A DNA stretch of 64,000 bases from a virus. Taxonomy: Duplodnaviria; Heunggongvirae; Uroviricota; Caudoviricetes. The notes below the pieces were generated by a model, which did not search any database, was not told the DNA's origin, and worked only from the letters and a program-made list of their open reading frames with translations. Below are positions 1-11,100 of this stretch, piece after piece. Numbering within the stretch: the stretch's first letter is position 1; every line of letters starts with the position of its first letter. The position numbers and the translations under genes are program-made. Location of the stretch: positions 80,073 through 144,072 of IMG/VR virus record IMGVR_UViG_3300032308_002078; one strand, 5' to 3'.

Positions 1-516
1 AAAGAAGAACTAGTATTTTCTGCTTTAAATCATGACCTGGGAAAAATGGGTGATGAAGAAAATGAATCTTATATTCCTCAAGATGATAAATGGCGTAAAG
101 AAAAATTAGGGGAAGATTATAAATTCAACGATAGAATTCCTTTCGCATCTGTACCTGATAGAGGATTATATTTACTTCAATCTCATGGTATCCAGTATAC
201 ATTTAATGAAATGATTACTATCCAGACTCATGATGGTTTATATGATGAGGCAAATAAGAAATATCTTATGACTTATATGCCAGAACAAAAACCACGTACT
301 TCATTACCTTATATTGTTCATCAAGCTGATTTGATGGCTGCTAGGATTGAGTTTGAAAGGGAATGGTTACCAAAATTATTAGGTAACGTGCCAACTCAAA
401 AAAAGTCATTTACCTTGGAATCAAATAAAAAATCAATCCAAACTCCAGCTTCTAAATCTAAAGCATTAGGTAGCATAAAAAGTGAAGGATTAAAAAACAT
501 GTTAGATAACTTATGA
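1..516 (+). CDS. HD-domain phosphohydrolase, 5'-truncated by the window edge
   Basis: Frame 1 is open from base 1 (KEELVFSALNHDLGKMG...). It has the HD motif HDLGK and a distal HQAD motif. The ORF-track start at 46 is internal. Confidence 0.7.
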   Translation, partial: KEELVFSALNHDLGKMGDEENESYIPQDDKWRKEKLGEDYKFNDRIPFASVPDRGLYLLQSHGIQYTFNEMITIQTHDGLYDEANKKYLMTYMPEQKPRTSLPYIVHQADLMAARIEFEREWLPKLLGNVPTQKKSFTLESNKKSIQTPASKSKALGSIKSEGLKNMLDNL

Positions 517-794
517 TATTAACAATTATTATTCTCTCTATATTGGTCGTGACTCTTGGATTCACGACCTTTAATCTTCTTAAGAAAAATGAAAAACAAG
601 AAGATATTTTAGCAGGTTATATGACCTACTTAAACAAAATTTCAGACACTATTGAGTTAGCAGAAAAGAAAATGTTGGAAGTAGATGCTAAAGGTAGTTT
701 CAAATCAGATGATGAGGTAGGATTTTTCTTTGAACAAATTAAAGTAATTCAAGCTGCCTTAAATGTTTTTATTATTAAAAATATTTCTAAATAA
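513..794 (+). CDS. Small membrane-anchored hypothetical protein
   Basis: N-terminal hydrophobic helix (MILTIIILSILVVTLGF) followed by a helical region. Overlaps both neighbours (ATGA, TAATG). Confidence 0.6.
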   Translation: MILTIIILSILVVTLGFTTFNLLKKNEKQEDILAGYMTYLNKISDTIELAEKKMLEVDAKGSFKSDDEVGFFFEQIKVIQAALNVFIIKNISK

Positions 795-1504
795 TGGAAG
801 AGGTAGTAGTAAAAAAGAAGAAGAAGGGTGTTCAATATTTTACTCAAGACACTGAAAATGCTATTATTTTATATAATAACACTACTGATTTTGAGTTAAA
901 AAGTAGAATATATAATGATAGAATTCATTATGCCTTCTTTAAATTAACTGAGAATATTATTCATACCTTTAAATTTTATTATACTGAGGTAGATAATATT
1001 GAAGACTTACAACATGAAGTAATTACTTTTTTACTATCTAAAATCCATTTATTCAATCCAGATCGAGGAGCTAAAGCATATTCTTATTTTGGAACAATCG
1101 CAAAACGTTATTTGATTCTTTCAAATCAGAAAAACTATAAAAAACGTATTGATACTATTGGTTTAGATGCTCTTGAAGAAGATGAAGAACATTCTTACAC
1201 TATTGATGAATCATCATATGATGACCGTTTATCTAAATTTATAGATGAGTATACTAAACATTGTACTAAAAATATTTATGAATTGTTCCCTAAAGAATAT
1301 GATGCTCAAATTGCAGACGCAATTTTAGAATTATTTCGTAAACGAGAAAATTTAGATGTGTTTAATAAAAAAGCACTTTACATTTATATCCGTGAAATTG
1401 TAGATGTTAAAACTCCTAAAATTACAAAAATAGCAAATCAACTCTACGATATTTTTAAACAAGGTTACATATTTTATTTAGAGCACGGATATACAAATTT
1501 TTAG
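794..1504 (+). CDS. Phage sigma70-family RNA polymerase sigma factor (possibly the late sigma)
   Basis: Segment EDLQHEVITFLLSKIHLFNPDRGAKAYSYFGTIAKRYL resembles sigma region 2 (DLxQEG..L...F.P.RG..FSTY). Confidence 0.7.
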   Translation: MEEVVVKKKKKGVQYFTQDTENAIILYNNTTDFELKSRIYNDRIHYAFFKLTENIIHTFKFYYTEVDNIEDLQHEVITFLLSKIHLFNPDRGAKAYSYFGTIAKRYLILSNQKNYKKRIDTIGLDALEEDEEHSYTIDESSYDDRLSKFIDEYTKHCTKNIYELFPKEYDAQIADAILELFRKRENLDVFNKKALYIYIREIVDVKTPKITKIANQLYDIFKQGYIFYLEHGYTNF

Positions 1505-1510
1505 TTTTCA

Positions 1511-1518
1511 TATTTATA
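1511..1518 (+). promoter_or_regulatory. Putative late promoter box TATTTATA
   Basis: Intergenic TATTTATA just upstream of the gene at 1538. The same box recurs before many genes. Confidence 0.55.
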
Positions 1519-1537
1519 AAAAACTAAATGTATATTT

Positions 1538-1873
1538 ATGTCACAATTTGATAATGTAATTTTTGGAAAGAAAAAATTCTCTGATGTTTTAGAGGAAATT
1601 TACAATAACCAAAAGAAAAAAGACCAACAGGTTACCGCGCTTATAAGCGAACTAAAACCACTTATTTCTGATATTGGCGATGCTACATTAGTTGTTCCTT
1701 TAATTAAGGAATATATGGAGATAAGTGTTAAAAATGACGACTTATTAATTAAGATGGCAGCGTTAGCTCAACGTGCCATGGCTACAGTTTCAGCTGAAGG
1801 ATCTTTAACTATTTCTGATGAGGAAAAAGAGCAGTTATTGTCTGCTATGAATGAGTTAAAAGGAGGCAAATAA
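1538..1873 (+). CDS. Hypothetical helical protein, possibly terminase small subunit
   Basis: 111 aa, helical/coiled-coil. TerS-like in size and pattern only. Confidence 0.35.
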   Translation: MSQFDNVIFGKKKFSDVLEEIYNNQKKKDQQVTALISELKPLISDIGDATLVVPLIKEYMEISVKNDDLLIKMAALAQRAMATVSAEGSLTISDEEKEQLLSAMNELKGGK

Positions 1874-1877
1874 ATAA

Positions 1878-3125
1878 ATGGGTATTCTAAATAAACATAC
1901 TAATTCTCAAGTCAGTATTAATAATCAAACGAGTCAATCTCCTAATGGAATTACCTCGTCTCCTGTTTCTTTTTTAGCTGGAAGAGTAAAAAGTATTATT
2001 TTAGATGAAAACAGTGAAGGGTTTAATGAGTTTGGAGAAGGTAATCCTGGTTGGAATGGTTTAGGTTTAATTCAATTTCAAGACATTACTAATCCAACTA
2101 CTAAAATATCTCCCGCTAAACCTTTTTTTCCTAATAGTAAAAACTTTCCTTTATTAGAAGAAATAGTATGGATTATTCAATTACCTTCTACTAATATTAA
2201 TGGCACCTCTAATAACCCAGGTATAAGTACAACAGTTGAAAATTATTATTTAAATCCAACTGCTTTATGGAACCATCCTCATCATAATGGTTTCCCTGCA
2301 AATCCTTCATCACCTCCAGAAAATCAAAAAAGAGATTATTTACAAACCTCTATAGGTAATGTTAGAAGAGTAACAGACCAATCTACAGAATTAAATTTAG
2401 GTAAAACATTTATTGAACGTTCTAATATTCATCCTTTAAAACCATTTGAAGGTGATGTAATTTATGAAGGTAGATGGGGTAATTCTATTAGAATTGGTTC
2501 AACAGTTAAATTAAAAAAACCACTTGATACTCCTCTTAATAACTGGTCTACAGGAACTAGCACCTCAGGTGATCCTATTTTAATTCTTAGAAATGGACAA
2601 GGTACTCAAACTAATGAAGGTTGGGTTCCTATTGTAGAAGATATTAATAATGATGACTCGTCAATTTATTTTACAAGTACTCAAAAAATACCTTTAAAAG
2701 CATCAAGTACTTCTTATAATAGTTACAAAACAACTCCTACCACTCCTGATCAATATGCAGGAAAACAAGTTATTATAACTTCAGGTAGGTTAGTATTTAA
2801 TACAACTGAGGATCATTTATTACTTAGTTCTAAAAAATCAGTTAATTTAAACGCTCAAGAAAGTGTAAACATTGATGCTAAATTAGATACAATTGTTTCA
2901 TCACCTTCTATTAAATTAGGTTCAAAAGATGCAACTGAACCTATATTAAAAGGAGATGCTTTAGTGACTGAGTTGCAAAATTTAATTAATCAATTAATAC
3001 AATTAACTACTAATTTAGTAGCTGTACCTCAAGCATCTACAGCCGCTTCATTAGTACTTTCTGAATTACCTAAAATATCTGCAAGGATAGCTTTAACTAA
3101 ATCTAAAGTAAATAAAATAATATAA
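1878..3125 (+). CDS. Baseplate hub/central spike protein (gp5/gpV-like)
   Basis: Motif GDVIYEGRWGNSIRIGS and a C-terminal beta-helix-like run (HLLLSSKKSVNLNAQESVNIDA). Lies upstream of the gp25/gp6-like genes. Confidence 0.6.
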   Translation: MGILNKHTNSQVSINNQTSQSPNGITSSPVSFLAGRVKSIILDENSEGFNEFGEGNPGWNGLGLIQFQDITNPTTKISPAKPFFPNSKNFPLLEEIVWIIQLPSTNINGTSNNPGISTTVENYYLNPTALWNHPHHNGFPANPSSPPENQKRDYLQTSIGNVRRVTDQSTELNLGKTFIERSNIHPLKPFEGDVIYEGRWGNSIRIGSTVKLKKPLDTPLNNWSTGTSTSGDPILILRNGQGTQTNEGWVPIVEDINNDDSSIYFTSTQKIPLKASSTSYNSYKTTPTTPDQYAGKQVIITSGRLVFNTTEDHLLLSSKKSVNLNAQESVNIDAKLDTIVSSPSIKLGSKDATEPILKGDALVTELQNLINQLIQLTTNLVAVPQASTAASLVLSELPKISARIALTKSKVNKII

Positions 3126-3982
3126 TGGCTGAAGTTAGTTTACAAGTACTTGAAAACGCCCTGCCTAGTAGTTTAAAACTAACAGGATCAGATAAATTAG
3201 GGCAAACCATTATGGAAAAAGGCATTCAAATTAATGACCAAATCCAACCTCAATTAACTAATCTTCAGAATGAATTAACTAGTACTCCTAATGGTTTATG
3301 TTTACCTGCTCCTCAATTAGAGTTAATTATTTTACAACGAAACAATATTGTTAATAAATTAAATCAAATTTCAAGTGTATTAAACACAGCCACAGTGGCA
3401 GCAGGAATAACATCTACTTTATTAGATAGTTTAATAGCTGCTGCTCAACTTGTTAGAGCCGCTAAACCTGCTTTAATAGCTTCAGACACTGCTAGTGGTG
3501 GTGTTGGACCTTTTGCTAGTTTAGTATTACAAGCTAATGATGTTTTAGATATATTAAGATTTGATTCTTTAGGTAACTCTAAATTAAATAAATTAAAAAC
3601 TATAATTGACAATACAGCTGCTCCTATATCTATAACTGGTCTTTTTATATCTAATGCTATAGCTTCTTTAAATAGTATTGATATTATTTTAAAACAATGT
3701 TCTCCTTATTCAACTTATTTAGGTATAAGTGATGATTTAAATAACATTAATTTAAGACAGACTATAGCTGAAAGTACTTTAAATGATATTACTTATAAAG
3801 GTTTTGTTTTAGAAATAGAAGTAGTCCCATACACTCCAACTGTTAATAGAAGACGAGCTATTGGTAAAAACCAATCTGGTATAGTAACTATTCAAACCGA
3901 ATATTCTTTCACAACTTCTAATCAAGTTTTAATTAATGAACTAAAACTAATAATTGATAGAGATAATTTAAAAGCTTATTAA
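3125..3982 (+). CDS. Hypothetical baseplate-region protein
   Basis: 285-aa ORF coupled by TAATG within the baseplate cluster. Confidence 0.55.
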   Translation: MAEVSLQVLENALPSSLKLTGSDKLGQTIMEKGIQINDQIQPQLTNLQNELTSTPNGLCLPAPQLELIILQRNNIVNKLNQISSVLNTATVAAGITSTLLDSLIAAAQLVRAAKPALIASDTASGGVGPFASLVLQANDVLDILRFDSLGNSKLNKLKTIIDNTAAPISITGLFISNAIASLNSIDIILKQCSPYSTYLGISDDLNNINLRQTIAESTLNDITYKGFVLEIEVVPYTPTVNRRRAIGKNQSGIVTIQTEYSFTTSNQVLINELKLIIDRDNLKAY

Positions 3983-3987
3983 CTTAA

Positions 3988-3995
3988 TATTTATA
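3988..3995 (+). promoter_or_regulatory. Putative late promoter box TATTTATA
   Basis: Intergenic, directly before the ATG at 4000. Confidence 0.55.
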
Positions 3996-3999
3996 AACA

Positions 4000-4350
4000 A
4001 TGAAACCATCAGATTTTAAAAAAATGATTAAAGAGGCAGTAAAGGAAGCCATTCAAGAAGAATTGAAAGATATTCTATTGGAAGCTGTCCGTGCCCCTAA
4101 AACAATTGTTACGGAGTCAATCAAGGACACTTATGCTCAACCTCATCTTTCAAAACCAAAACAATTAACTCCAGCTGAAAGACAAGCAATGTTTGGAGGT
4201 ATTTTAGAAGAAATGCAAGTTGGTAAACCTGCTACTTCTGCTTATGCTGGTAATTTTCAAGCAAATGGTCCTGTAGATGCTATTAATGGTGCTTTACCTG
4301 AAGGTAGTGTAGGATTAGATCAAATTATGGCTTTAATGAACGGTAAATAA
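4000..4350 (+). CDS. Hypothetical protein with capsid-targeting-like N-terminus
   Basis: Starts MKPSDFKKMIKEAVKEAIQEELKDILLE, with repeated [ILV]xE. Confidence 0.55.
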   Translation: MKPSDFKKMIKEAVKEAIQEELKDILLEAVRAPKTIVTESIKDTYAQPHLSKPKQLTPAERQAMFGGILEEMQVGKPATSAYAGNFQANGPVDAINGALPEGSVGLDQIMALMNGK

Positions 4351-4757
4351 TGGCATTTGGAGCTAAAAAAATATTCCCTGTAGATTTTAAACCCGGCACC
4401 GCTGTTGGGGTAGGGTTACCTTTTAATGCTCCTGCTGTTTTTAGATCAACCTATACAACTAAAGATGCTATTAAATATAATTTAATTAACTTCTTTTTAA
4501 CAAACCAACCAGAAAGATATTTAAATCCTACTTTTGGTGCTAGTTTAAGATCTTTTATTTTCCAACAAATAGCAGAAAATAATATATCTGCCTTAAAACA
4601 AGACATTCAATCTCAATTAAATTTATATTTTCCTAATGTAGCGGTAGCAGACTTAAGTATTGATTCCATCCCTGATGCAAATCAAGTTAATGTATCCTTA
4701 ACATATAATATAATAAATACAGGAATATCAGATAATATTAATATTACATTCGCATAA
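4350..4757 (+). CDS. gp25: Baseplate wedge subunit, gp25/gpW-like
   Basis: Hallmark NFFLTNQPERYLNPTFGASLRSFIF; 135 aa; immediately precedes the baseplate J-like gene. Confidence 0.8.
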   Translation: MAFGAKKIFPVDFKPGTAVGVGLPFNAPAVFRSTYTTKDAIKYNLINFFLTNQPERYLNPTFGASLRSFIFQQIAENNISALKQDIQSQLNLYFPNVAVADLSIDSIPDANQVNVSLTYNIINTGISDNINITFA

Positions 4758-6616
4758 TGGCTATTAAAAGAAACATACAATACATTAATAAAGATTTCAC
4801 AGAATTAAGAGCTAGTCTTGTTGACTATGCTAAAACTTATTTCCCTACTACTTATACAGATTTTAGTCCTACCTCTCCAGGTATGATGTTTATGGAAATG
4901 GCTGCTTATGTAGGTGATGTTTTATCATTCTATATGGATAACCAAATCCAAGAAAACTTCTTACAGTACGCTCGTCAAACTAATAATTTATATGAGTTAG
5001 CTTATATGTTTGGTTACAAACCAAATGTAACTCAAGTCGCTACTAGTGTTTTAGATTTCTATCAACAAGTACCAGCTATTTCTTCAGGTTCAGTTCTTGT
5101 CCCTGATTTCTCATATTCATTGTTAGTTCCTGAAAGTTCAACTGTTGCCTCTACTTTATCACCTTCTGTTTCTTTCTTAATTCAAGATCCTATAGATTTT
5201 TCAGTTTCTAGTTCAGGTGATCCTACAGAAGTTACAGTTTATGAAGTAGATGGAAGTGGTAATCCTTTATATTTCCTTTTAAAGAAAGCCAGAAAAGCTA
5301 TTTCATCTACTATTAATACCACTACTTTTTCATTTGGTGTTCCTACTCAGTTTGCTACTGTTGATATTAACGCTGATAGTATTGTAGGTATTTTAGATGT
5401 TACTGATACTGATGGAAATAAGTGGTATGAAGTAGATTATTTAGGTCAAGAAATGGTATTTAATTCAATTAAAAATACTAACATTAATGATCCTAATTTA
5501 TCTCAATATCAAGGTGACACACCTTATTTATTAAAATTAGAAAAAATCCAAAGACGATTTGCAACTCGTTTCTTAGATAAAACTACTTTACAATTACAAT
5601 TTGGAGCAGGTACCGCTAATGATACTGATGAAAATATTATTCCTAACCCTAACAATGTGGGTATTGGTTTACCATTTGAATTATCAAAATTAACAACAGC
5701 CTATTCTCCAGAAAACTTCTTATTTACTAAGACATATGGTATTGCTCCTTCAAACACTACTTTAACTGTTAGATACTTAACAGGTGGTGGAGTTGTATCT
5801 AACGTTCCTGCTAATAGTTTAACTAGTTTAAATTCAACTGTCACTTTTCTTAATCAACAAACTAACACTAGTACAGCAAATTATGTATTTAATAGTTTAG
5901 CAGTTACAAACCCTGATGCCGCTGATGGAGGAGGAGATGGAGATACAATTGAAGAAATTAGACAAAACTCTTCAGCCAATTTTGCTACTCAATTACGTAA
6001 CGTAACTCAAAATGACTATTTAGTAAGAACACTTTCAATGCCTGCTAAATTTGGAGTTGTTTCCAAAGCATATATTGAACCTACTAAAGCACAGTCTATA
6101 TCAGCGGGTGAGTCTCAATCAGTATTAGACTTGTATGTGTTGTCTTATAACGTGAGTAATCAATTAACAACAACATCTGCCGCTTTAAAACAAAATATTA
6201 TTACTTATCTATCTCAATATAGAATGGTAAATGATTCTGTTAATGTTAAAGATGGATTTATTATTAATATTGGAGTTAATTTTGATATTATTATTTTACC
6301 TAACTACAATAGTAATGAGGTATTAACTAAATGTATTGTAGCTTTACAAGATTATTTTAGAATTGATAATTGGCAAATTAATCAACCTATTATATTAAGA
6401 GATATTTATATACTTTTAGATAAAATTGAAGGGGTACAAACAGTTAAAAATATTACAATCAATAACTTATCAGGAGAAAATTTAGGATATAGTCAGTATG
6501 CTTATGATATACCATCAGCTACACAAAACAATGTAATATATCCTTCTTTAGATCCTATGATTTTTGAAGTTAAATATCCTAGTCAAGACATTCAAGGCAG
6601 AGTAGTACCTTTATAA
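4757..6616 (+). CDS. gp6: Baseplate wedge subunit, gp6/baseplate J-like
   Basis: N-terminal DFTELRASL...YFP...MEMAAYVGDVLSFY..N..QE.FL and C-terminal GGGDGDTIEEIR...Q.RNVT..DY motifs. Confidence 0.8.
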   Translation: MAIKRNIQYINKDFTELRASLVDYAKTYFPTTYTDFSPTSPGMMFMEMAAYVGDVLSFYMDNQIQENFLQYARQTNNLYELAYMFGYKPNVTQVATSVLDFYQQVPAISSGSVLVPDFSYSLLVPESSTVASTLSPSVSFLIQDPIDFSVSSSGDPTEVTVYEVDGSGNPLYFLLKKARKAISSTINTTTFSFGVPTQFATVDINADSIVGILDVTDTDGNKWYEVDYLGQEMVFNSIKNTNINDPNLSQYQGDTPYLLKLEKIQRRFATRFLDKTTLQLQFGAGTANDTDENIIPNPNNVGIGLPFELSKLTTAYSPENFLFTKTYGIAPSNTTLTVRYLTGGGVVSNVPANSLTSLNSTVTFLNQQTNTSTANYVFNSLAVTNPDAADGGGDGDTIEEIRQNSSANFATQLRNVTQNDYLVRTLSMPAKFGVVSKAYIEPTKAQSISAGESQSVLDLYVLSYNVSNQLTTTSAALKQNIITYLSQYRMVNDSVNVKDGFIINIGVNFDIIILPNYNSNEVLTKCIVALQDYFRIDNWQINQPIILRDIYILLDKIEGVQTVKNITINNLSGENLGYSQYAYDIPSATQNNVIYPSLDPMIFEVKYPSQDIQGRVVPL

Positions 6617-6625
6617 TAAAATAAA

Positions 6626-7747
6626 ATGGCAGTAATTCAAATATTCCCCTCCAAAGACGCAACTTTATATTCTGCTTATCCTAATTTAAATACAGGATTA
6701 GATGAGATTGTTGAAGCTAATACTAACTTTATAACTGGTAGTTTAAGAACTGATGGTGATTTACCTCAAGCTACAAGATTTTTAGTTCAATTTTCTAATA
6801 CAGAAATTCAAAATATTTTTTCTACATTAGTAAAAACTTCTAGTTGGGATGCTAATTTTAAAGTATTTGCTGCTGATGTTACTGGTTTATCTAATACTAC
6901 TACTTTAGCAATTAATGCTGTAGCTGAGTCTTGGGAAATGGGAACAGGTCGTTACTATAATGAACCTGCTACAACAAATGGTGTATCATGGTTATGGAGA
7001 AATTACTCTGGAAGTACTTCTTGGACTACATCTAGTTTTACTGCGGGAACTACAGGTTCATATACTGGATCTTTTTATGGTGGAGGAGTTTGGTATACAG
7101 CTGCTCAAGCTAGTCAATCTTTTGATTATTATTCTCCTTTAGATATAGATGTTAATGTTAAAAGTATTGTTAATAATTGGTCATCAAGTGCTTTTAATAA
7201 TAATGGATTTATTGTTAGACAAACTCAATCTCAAGAATTTATTAATAACTTTAATCAACAAATAACTTTAAAATATTTTTCAAGAGATACTAACACTATT
7301 TATCCTCCTGCATTACAAATTAGTTGGGATGACTTTAGATTTAATACAGGTTCATCAACTCAAACTATATTAAATACATTACCAGCTACTATTACATTAG
7401 CACAAAATCCAGGAGTATTTTATAGTCAAAGTGTAAACAGATTTAGAGTAAATGCTCGTCCTGAATATCCAATTCAATTATGGCAAACAGAATCAGTTTA
7501 TACAAACAATTATTTTTTACCTACAGCTTCTTACTATGCTATTAAGGACTTAGAAACAAATGAATATATTGTTGATTTTGATACTACTTATACTAAACTA
7601 AGTGCTGATGCTACTTCTAGTTATTTTGATTTATATATGAATTATCTTCAACCAGAAAGATATTACACAGTTTTAATTCAAAGTAACATAGATGGTTCAA
7701 CAATTGTATTTAATGATCAATACTACTTTAAAGTAATTAATGGATAA
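6626..7747 (+). CDS. Virion structural protein (DNRLRE-like beta domain)
   Basis: N-terminal IFPSKDATLYSAYPNLNTG. Rich in beta-strand, Ser/Thr and Trp residues. Baseplate context. Confidence 0.5.
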   Translation: MAVIQIFPSKDATLYSAYPNLNTGLDEIVEANTNFITGSLRTDGDLPQATRFLVQFSNTEIQNIFSTLVKTSSWDANFKVFAADVTGLSNTTTLAINAVAESWEMGTGRYYNEPATTNGVSWLWRNYSGSTSWTTSSFTAGTTGSYTGSFYGGGVWYTAAQASQSFDYYSPLDIDVNVKSIVNNWSSSAFNNNGFIVRQTQSQEFINNFNQQITLKYFSRDTNTIYPPALQISWDDFRFNTGSSTQTILNTLPATITLAQNPGVFYSQSVNRFRVNARPEYPIQLWQTESVYTNNYFLPTASYYAIKDLETNEYIVDFDTTYTKLSADATSSYFDLYMNYLQPERYYTVLIQSNIDGSTIVFNDQYYFKVING

Positions 7748-8097
7748 TGGCTGAAATATTAAATTTAAATAAGCAAGTTTACAATAAAGCTCAATTTGAA
7801 AAAGTTATTGATACTTCTTTTTCACAATTAGTTAATGTATCTGCTTCTTTAACTTCATCATTACCTCCAATAACTGTAGATCAATTTTTTCAATATTACC
7901 AAAATTTATTCTTCCAGATACCTAAGAGTGGAAGTATAAATTCTTTTGAGTACATTATACAGACTGCTAATGATTACTTAGGTACAACCACTCAAGACGC
8001 AGATTTTAGTGCTTTTATTAATGAAATTAATTCATTAAGACAAGAAAATTTAGATTTACAACAACAATTAATAAGTATTTCAACAAAAAGTTTATAA
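7747..8097 (+). CDS. Hypothetical protein with C-terminal coiled coil
   Basis: 116-aa ORF coupled by TAATG. Confidence 0.55.
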   Translation: MAEILNLNKQVYNKAQFEKVIDTSFSQLVNVSASLTSSLPPITVDQFFQYYQNLFFQIPKSGSINSFEYIIQTANDYLGTTTQDADFSAFINEINSLRQENLDLQQQLISISTKSL

Positions 8098-8104
8098 TAA
8101 ATAA

Positions 8105-11100
8105 ATGAGCAGAACCGTTAATATAAACTCTATAAACCCTGTCACTTTTGAATATCAAACATATTCAATAGAAGATGATTCTCTTATTTTTAATACTAAT
8201 GTTGATACTACTTTTAATCCAACATTAGATATTATTGAATATTTTGTTTATGATTTAAATAATCAAATAGTATATTCTAATGTTACTGGTTATCCTGGAT
8301 ATACAATAAATGATAAAAATGTTGTTCTTGATCCTGAAAGAGATTTAGTTTCTCAAGGATTTACAATTGGACAATATAATACAGTTTATAATTTTGTAAG
8401 TCCTAAATTAGCATCAAACTCAACTAATCCTTATTATATATCTCAAATTAGTTCTGATAGAACTGAGGTTAGATTAGATACAACAACTATACCTAATGAC
8501 TTAGTTATTGCCTCTTCATTAGAATTAATTAATGATATTAATACTACAGCTGCTGATTATTATGACTTCTATTTAGATTTTGGAGATAATGAGTTAGTTA
8601 TTGCTCTTAATGCTTTACTAGATACAACAGATGCTAATAACCCCACAGTATTAATTAAATTATATGAACCACTTCCTCAACAATTTGATGTAAATTCTCA
8701 ATTATGGGTTGTGACCCAAGTAGCAGAACCTGTTGCTTATAATATTGATATTAATGAAACATTTGATGTTCTAGATAATACAATAACAATTTCAGGTCCT
8801 AATTATAATTTAAATGTTAATGATCAAATTAACAACTCAACAAATTATATAAGTTATAATAATTTAACATCAACTTCAGCTTCATATTCTCAAGGCACAG
8901 GAAGTTTAAAATATCAATTAAACAATATTTTAGCTCAAACAGGGATAGAAGTTAATATAGACTATTCAGATTATTCTAATTTTATTCATTTTTCATCTGC
9001 TCAAACAAGATTAGAAAATTTTTATTATAAATTATCATTATTAGGACAATACCAATATAGTGCTAGTTTTTCTAATAACTCATCTAGTGGTTCTTATTAT
9101 GTTTCATCTAGTAATATAATTTGGCAAACAAAAATAGATGAAATAATTACTACATTTGATGGTTATGAATATTATTTATATTATTCATCAGGTAGTACAG
9201 CTTGGCCTAAAACTAATACTGCTCCTCCTTACATAAATGCTTCAACAGGATCTGTAGCAGGACAAAACTGGTTCATATCTCAATCAGCTGTAGCTGAATT
9301 ATATGACCTTGAAAATAATAATGCTTTAACATTAGCTATCCCTTCTTACATTACAGATGATCCAGACAATACTCAGTTTGAATTATTTGTAGAAATGATT
9401 GGTCAACTTTTTGATAACATTTTTATTTACTTACAAAACATAACTACTAAAAATGATGCCGATAACCGTTTAACATATGGTGTATCAAAAGATTTAGTAG
9501 CAGACATTTTAAGAGACATGGGTATAACAATATACCAAAATAATTTCTCTTCTAATGATGTATATCAAGCGTTAATTGGCTTAACACCTTCTGGTAGTTT
9601 ATATAACCTACCATTTACTACAACTCAATACCCTGTACCAACAGGATCTTTCCTTGAGTATATAACAACTTATGTAACAGCTTCATCAACTGCTTCTTTA
9701 TATCCTACTGATGATATTAATAAAGAGCAATATAAGAGAATTTATCATAATTTGCCTTTATTGCTTAAGAAAAAAGGATCAGTAGCTGGTTTAAGAGACT
9801 TAATTACTACTTTTGGTGTTACTGATACTATTTTAAGAATTAATGAGTTTGGTGGTAAAGACAGAAATGTTAATAGTTATGATAACTGGCAAAATGAATA
9901 TGACTATGCTTTTTATACTAGTGGGTCTTCATATGTAAGTTCATCATTTGTATTAAATTCTGGTTGGGGAGCTACTAGTAACAATCCTCAAGCTGTAGAA
10001 TTTAGATTCAAAACCAATACCCTTCCTTTTAATACAGGTTCAGTTAGTAATGTAACTTTGTTTGATGCTGTTGGAAGTATTACTGATAGATCTATTATTA
10101 AACTTAGATACACAGGTTCAGGATATACTTCAGGTTCATATTCAGGTTCTATTGTTAATCCTTATTATCAATATGCTTTATTAGAATTTGTTCCTGATGA
10201 TTTTAATAATCCCTCAGTATCAGCAAGTGTTTATTTACCTTTTTATAATGAGGAATGGTGGAGTGTTTTAGTAAATGCTAGTGGAAGTACTGGTTTTACT
10301 TTATATGCTGCTAATAAAAATTATAGTGGTGAGGATGGAAATGTAATTAGTTTCCAAGCATCTTCATCAGTTACAGTAACTCAAACTCCTTGGAATAGTA
10401 CTACAGTAGCTTATTTAGGAGCAATTGCTTCCCCAGCATCACCTTCATTTACAGGTTCACTTCAAGAACTTAGATATTATGCTAAACCTATAACAAAAGA
10501 TAATTTTGACTCTTATGTTATGAATCCTTACTCTATTGAGTCAAGTGATAACTTAGCATTTAGAGCATCTTTAGGAGGAGAATTATATACTAGTTCAAGA
10601 TCAATTCATCCTAAAGTAACAGGATCTTGGGTTGCAACTTCATCATTTGCCTCTAATAGTAATTTTATTTTAAGTGGAAGTTATTCTTGGATTCCAAATA
10701 CTGAAATATTCTACTTTGATCAAGTACCAGCAGGTATTCAAAATGCTATCTCAAATAAAATAAAACAACAAAGTATTATTTTACCTTATAGTAGCAGTTT
10801 AAGCAACATACCTAATAATACCGTTTTATCCCCTTACAGATCAATTCAACAATTTCCAGCTGTAAGTTCTAGTTATACTAGAGATATTGACTATGTGGAA
10901 GTTGGTTTTTCACCTCAAAATGAAATAAATGAGGATATAAACTCACAATTAGGTTATTTTAATTTAGGAAACTATATTGGTGATCCAAGATTTCAATCTT
11001 CTTCATTAGATACTTATCCTGCTTTAGATGTTTTAAGAGATTATTATTTCCAAAAATATACTTCTAATTATCAAGAATTTGATTATATTAGATTAATAGA

